From contig CM075996.1 of the NCBI GenBank assembly GCA_038087875.1, positions 1,366,001 to 1,430,000 of the forward strand: DNA of 64,000 nucleotides. The letters run 5' to 3'. Source of the stretch: Malacoraja senta. Its lineage: Eukaryota. Both the position numbers and the translations under genes were made by a program. The stretch's first letter is position 1, and every line of letters starts with the position of its first letter. A model generated the notes under the pieces. It searched no databases. It was not told where the DNA came from and was given only the letters and a program-made list of their open reading frames with translations. Shown piece after piece: positions 61,861-64,000 of this stretch.

Positions 61861-63510
61861 TGAAAATCATTGTTTCTTTTTTTTCGTGGTTGTGGGAAGG
61901 CGTGAGGGAGGCATTAGTGATAGATGGAAAATCATATTAAATTTTTGTTTTATTTTCCTTTCCCATATAACACGTTCTCCTAAGGTTGCTAAGTTATGTC
62001 AAGATTCCATAGGGTACATAGGTCTGAAGAAGGGTCTCGACCCAAAACATCAAGCATTCCATCTCTCCAGAGATGCTGCCTGTCCCGTTGAGTTACTCCA
62101 GCATTTTGTGTCTAATCTTTGGTGTAAACCAGCATCTGCAGTTCCCTCCTACACATTCCATAGGTACCAGCTGTTGTCATTGAGTTAACTCGTGTCTGAA
62201 TATTAGCTGTGAGGATTTAACTATAGAGGGCATCAGAGAATCCTCGACTCTTCAAGATGAGCAGAAATTGATGGATGTTAGTACCTTGGATCAGTTTCTA
62301 CTTCCTACCACATGATGCTTCATTGGGTAAAGAGTAGATCCTTTCCCATGGGGAGAAGCCTGGTTAGATTTGCTGCTTACTGCTGTCTGTAGATTCGACA
62401 ATAGTTATAAAATTAGGAATGCAGAAAGTCAACGGCATCCCTAACTTTTTTTTTTCCTGCCTATCCTGACACAGCCGCATTCTGCAAAAGTCCTAGTGGC
62501 ATTCAGGGTGAGAGCGGGAGGGTTTGAAGTGAATGGCCGGTTCTTGTGAGTGATTTCGGGAATCCTCCACTTGTGGTAACAGCCCATGTCGTGCTTGGGG
62601 AAGTGAGCCTTTCAGCACTTGTTCTCCTTTTTCAGTTTTGTGAAAGTGTTTCCTTATTTTGCTAACATTTTCAATTGATCGCTTAACTTCCCCAGCTCAG
62701 AGAGAAAGTTCAGTGGTTTTCATGCCCTGTGTGGTATCAGGTGTTATGTTCCCTACCTTACAATAGTGTGCATTGAGGCCTACCTGCATTGCAAAACCTA
62801 GTCAGGTGCAGGTTCTGCAACTACTGAGCAAGGCCATAGCGGAACTGTCTTTCATTATCTACAGCCATTCACCCTAATACCTGTTTTTTTTAAATCCCTA
62901 TTTTTGATTTAGTTCCCTATATTTGAGGTGTTTTGATGGGAATAAATAAAGAGAAATTGGTTTCTGAGGCAGTGTGGGAGGCTGGTGATTAATAACCACA
63001 TCATATAGATTTAATGTAATATTTCCTCTGGTATTTTAGCTAATTGTATTTTTTTTTTAAATGTAATAAATGATCTGCAATGCATTTTAAGTAGCTTGGG
63101 TTATAACTCTGAAAAGGGAATTGGATAACAAACTTGAACTTGTTAAATTTGAGGAAAGAATGCGACAGAGAGCCACATTGACTAGTTCTTTCGAAGGGCT
63201 GTCACAGCACGATGGGATGAATGGCATCTTCTGTTCCGTCTGGTTGTAGGACTTTTCATGTATTCTGGTGATAAGTGATAGGAGCCAGAATTAGGCCATT
63301 CGGCCCATCAAGTTTACGCCGCCAATCAATCACGGCTGATCTATCTCTCCCTGCTAACCCCACCCTCCTGCCTCCTACCCATAACCCCTGACACTCTCAA
63401 GAGTTACACAGAGTGATTCACCACTCCTCACTATCGTGTCACCATGTACCACTCTCACTTCCTAAAACAGTTACTCTGTAGCACCTTTGAGAGCCTGCCA
63501 GGCAGAAGTT

Positions 63511-63857
63511 GTGTAGGAAAGAACTGCAGATGCTGGTTTAAATCGAAAGTAGACACAAAATGCTGGAGTAACTCAGCGGGACAGGCCACATCTCTGGAGA
63601 GAAGGAACGGGTGGCGTTTCGGGTCGAGACCCTTCTTCAGACTGACGTCGGGAGTGGGCGGGACAGAGATAGAATGTAGTCGGAGACAGTAAGACTGGAG
63701 GGAGAACTGGGAAGGGGACGGGATGGAGAGAGAGAGGGAAAGCAAGGGCTATTTGAAGTTAGAGAAGTCAATGTTCATACAGCTGGGGTGGAAGCTGCCC
63801 AAGCGAAATATGAGGTGTTGTTCCTGCAATTAGCGCTGGGCCTCACTCTGACAATAG
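63511..63857 (-). mobile_element. Penelope-like element 3' fragment
   Basis: Homologous to 5197-5500. Confidence 0.8.
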
Positions 63858-64000
63858 AGTGCTGGCTATATTGACGACTGCAAGATCGAGACAACACAAA
63901 TCTCTGTCATGTAGAGCTTTAACAGCCTGAATATGGGCATGTTCCTAAAAACGCCTGATGAAGAATGTGCAGAACTTGCTGTCGCCCCATAACCATGTAG

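Overview
Vertebrate genomic DNA, most likely from an elasmobranch such as a skate (inferred from the repeat families). The window lies inside POLD1 (DNA polymerase delta catalytic subunit) on the + strand. Fifteen consecutive coding exons, equivalent to human exons 8-22, were read directly. All are bounded by GT-AG, stay in frame and total 1,980 nt (660 codons), with intact Exo I/II/III and polymerase A/B/C motifs. The start and end of the gene lie outside the window. The introns (95 bp to about 16 kb) are packed with HE1-type V-SINEs, CR1, Rex1/Babar and L2 LINE fragments, Penelope-like element ends carrying hammerhead-ribozyme-like cores, PIF/Harbinger-type MITEs, and Helitron and Tc1 fragments. 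The most interesting unexplained signals are: (1) a ~200-nt hairpin in intron 17 whose mismatches are biased to G-U on the transcribed strand; (2) a short TSD-flanked Penelope-derived retroposon with a hammerhead-like motif, and its 66-bp tandem arrays that share one junction; (3) an AFC/CORE-like SINE resembling teleost SINEs; (4) a fixed-length ~140-bp (AAG)n-tailed retroposon; (5) local templated duplications. No prokaryote-type system such as CRISPR is supported. Repeat family names and human exon sizes come from recall, not from a database search.
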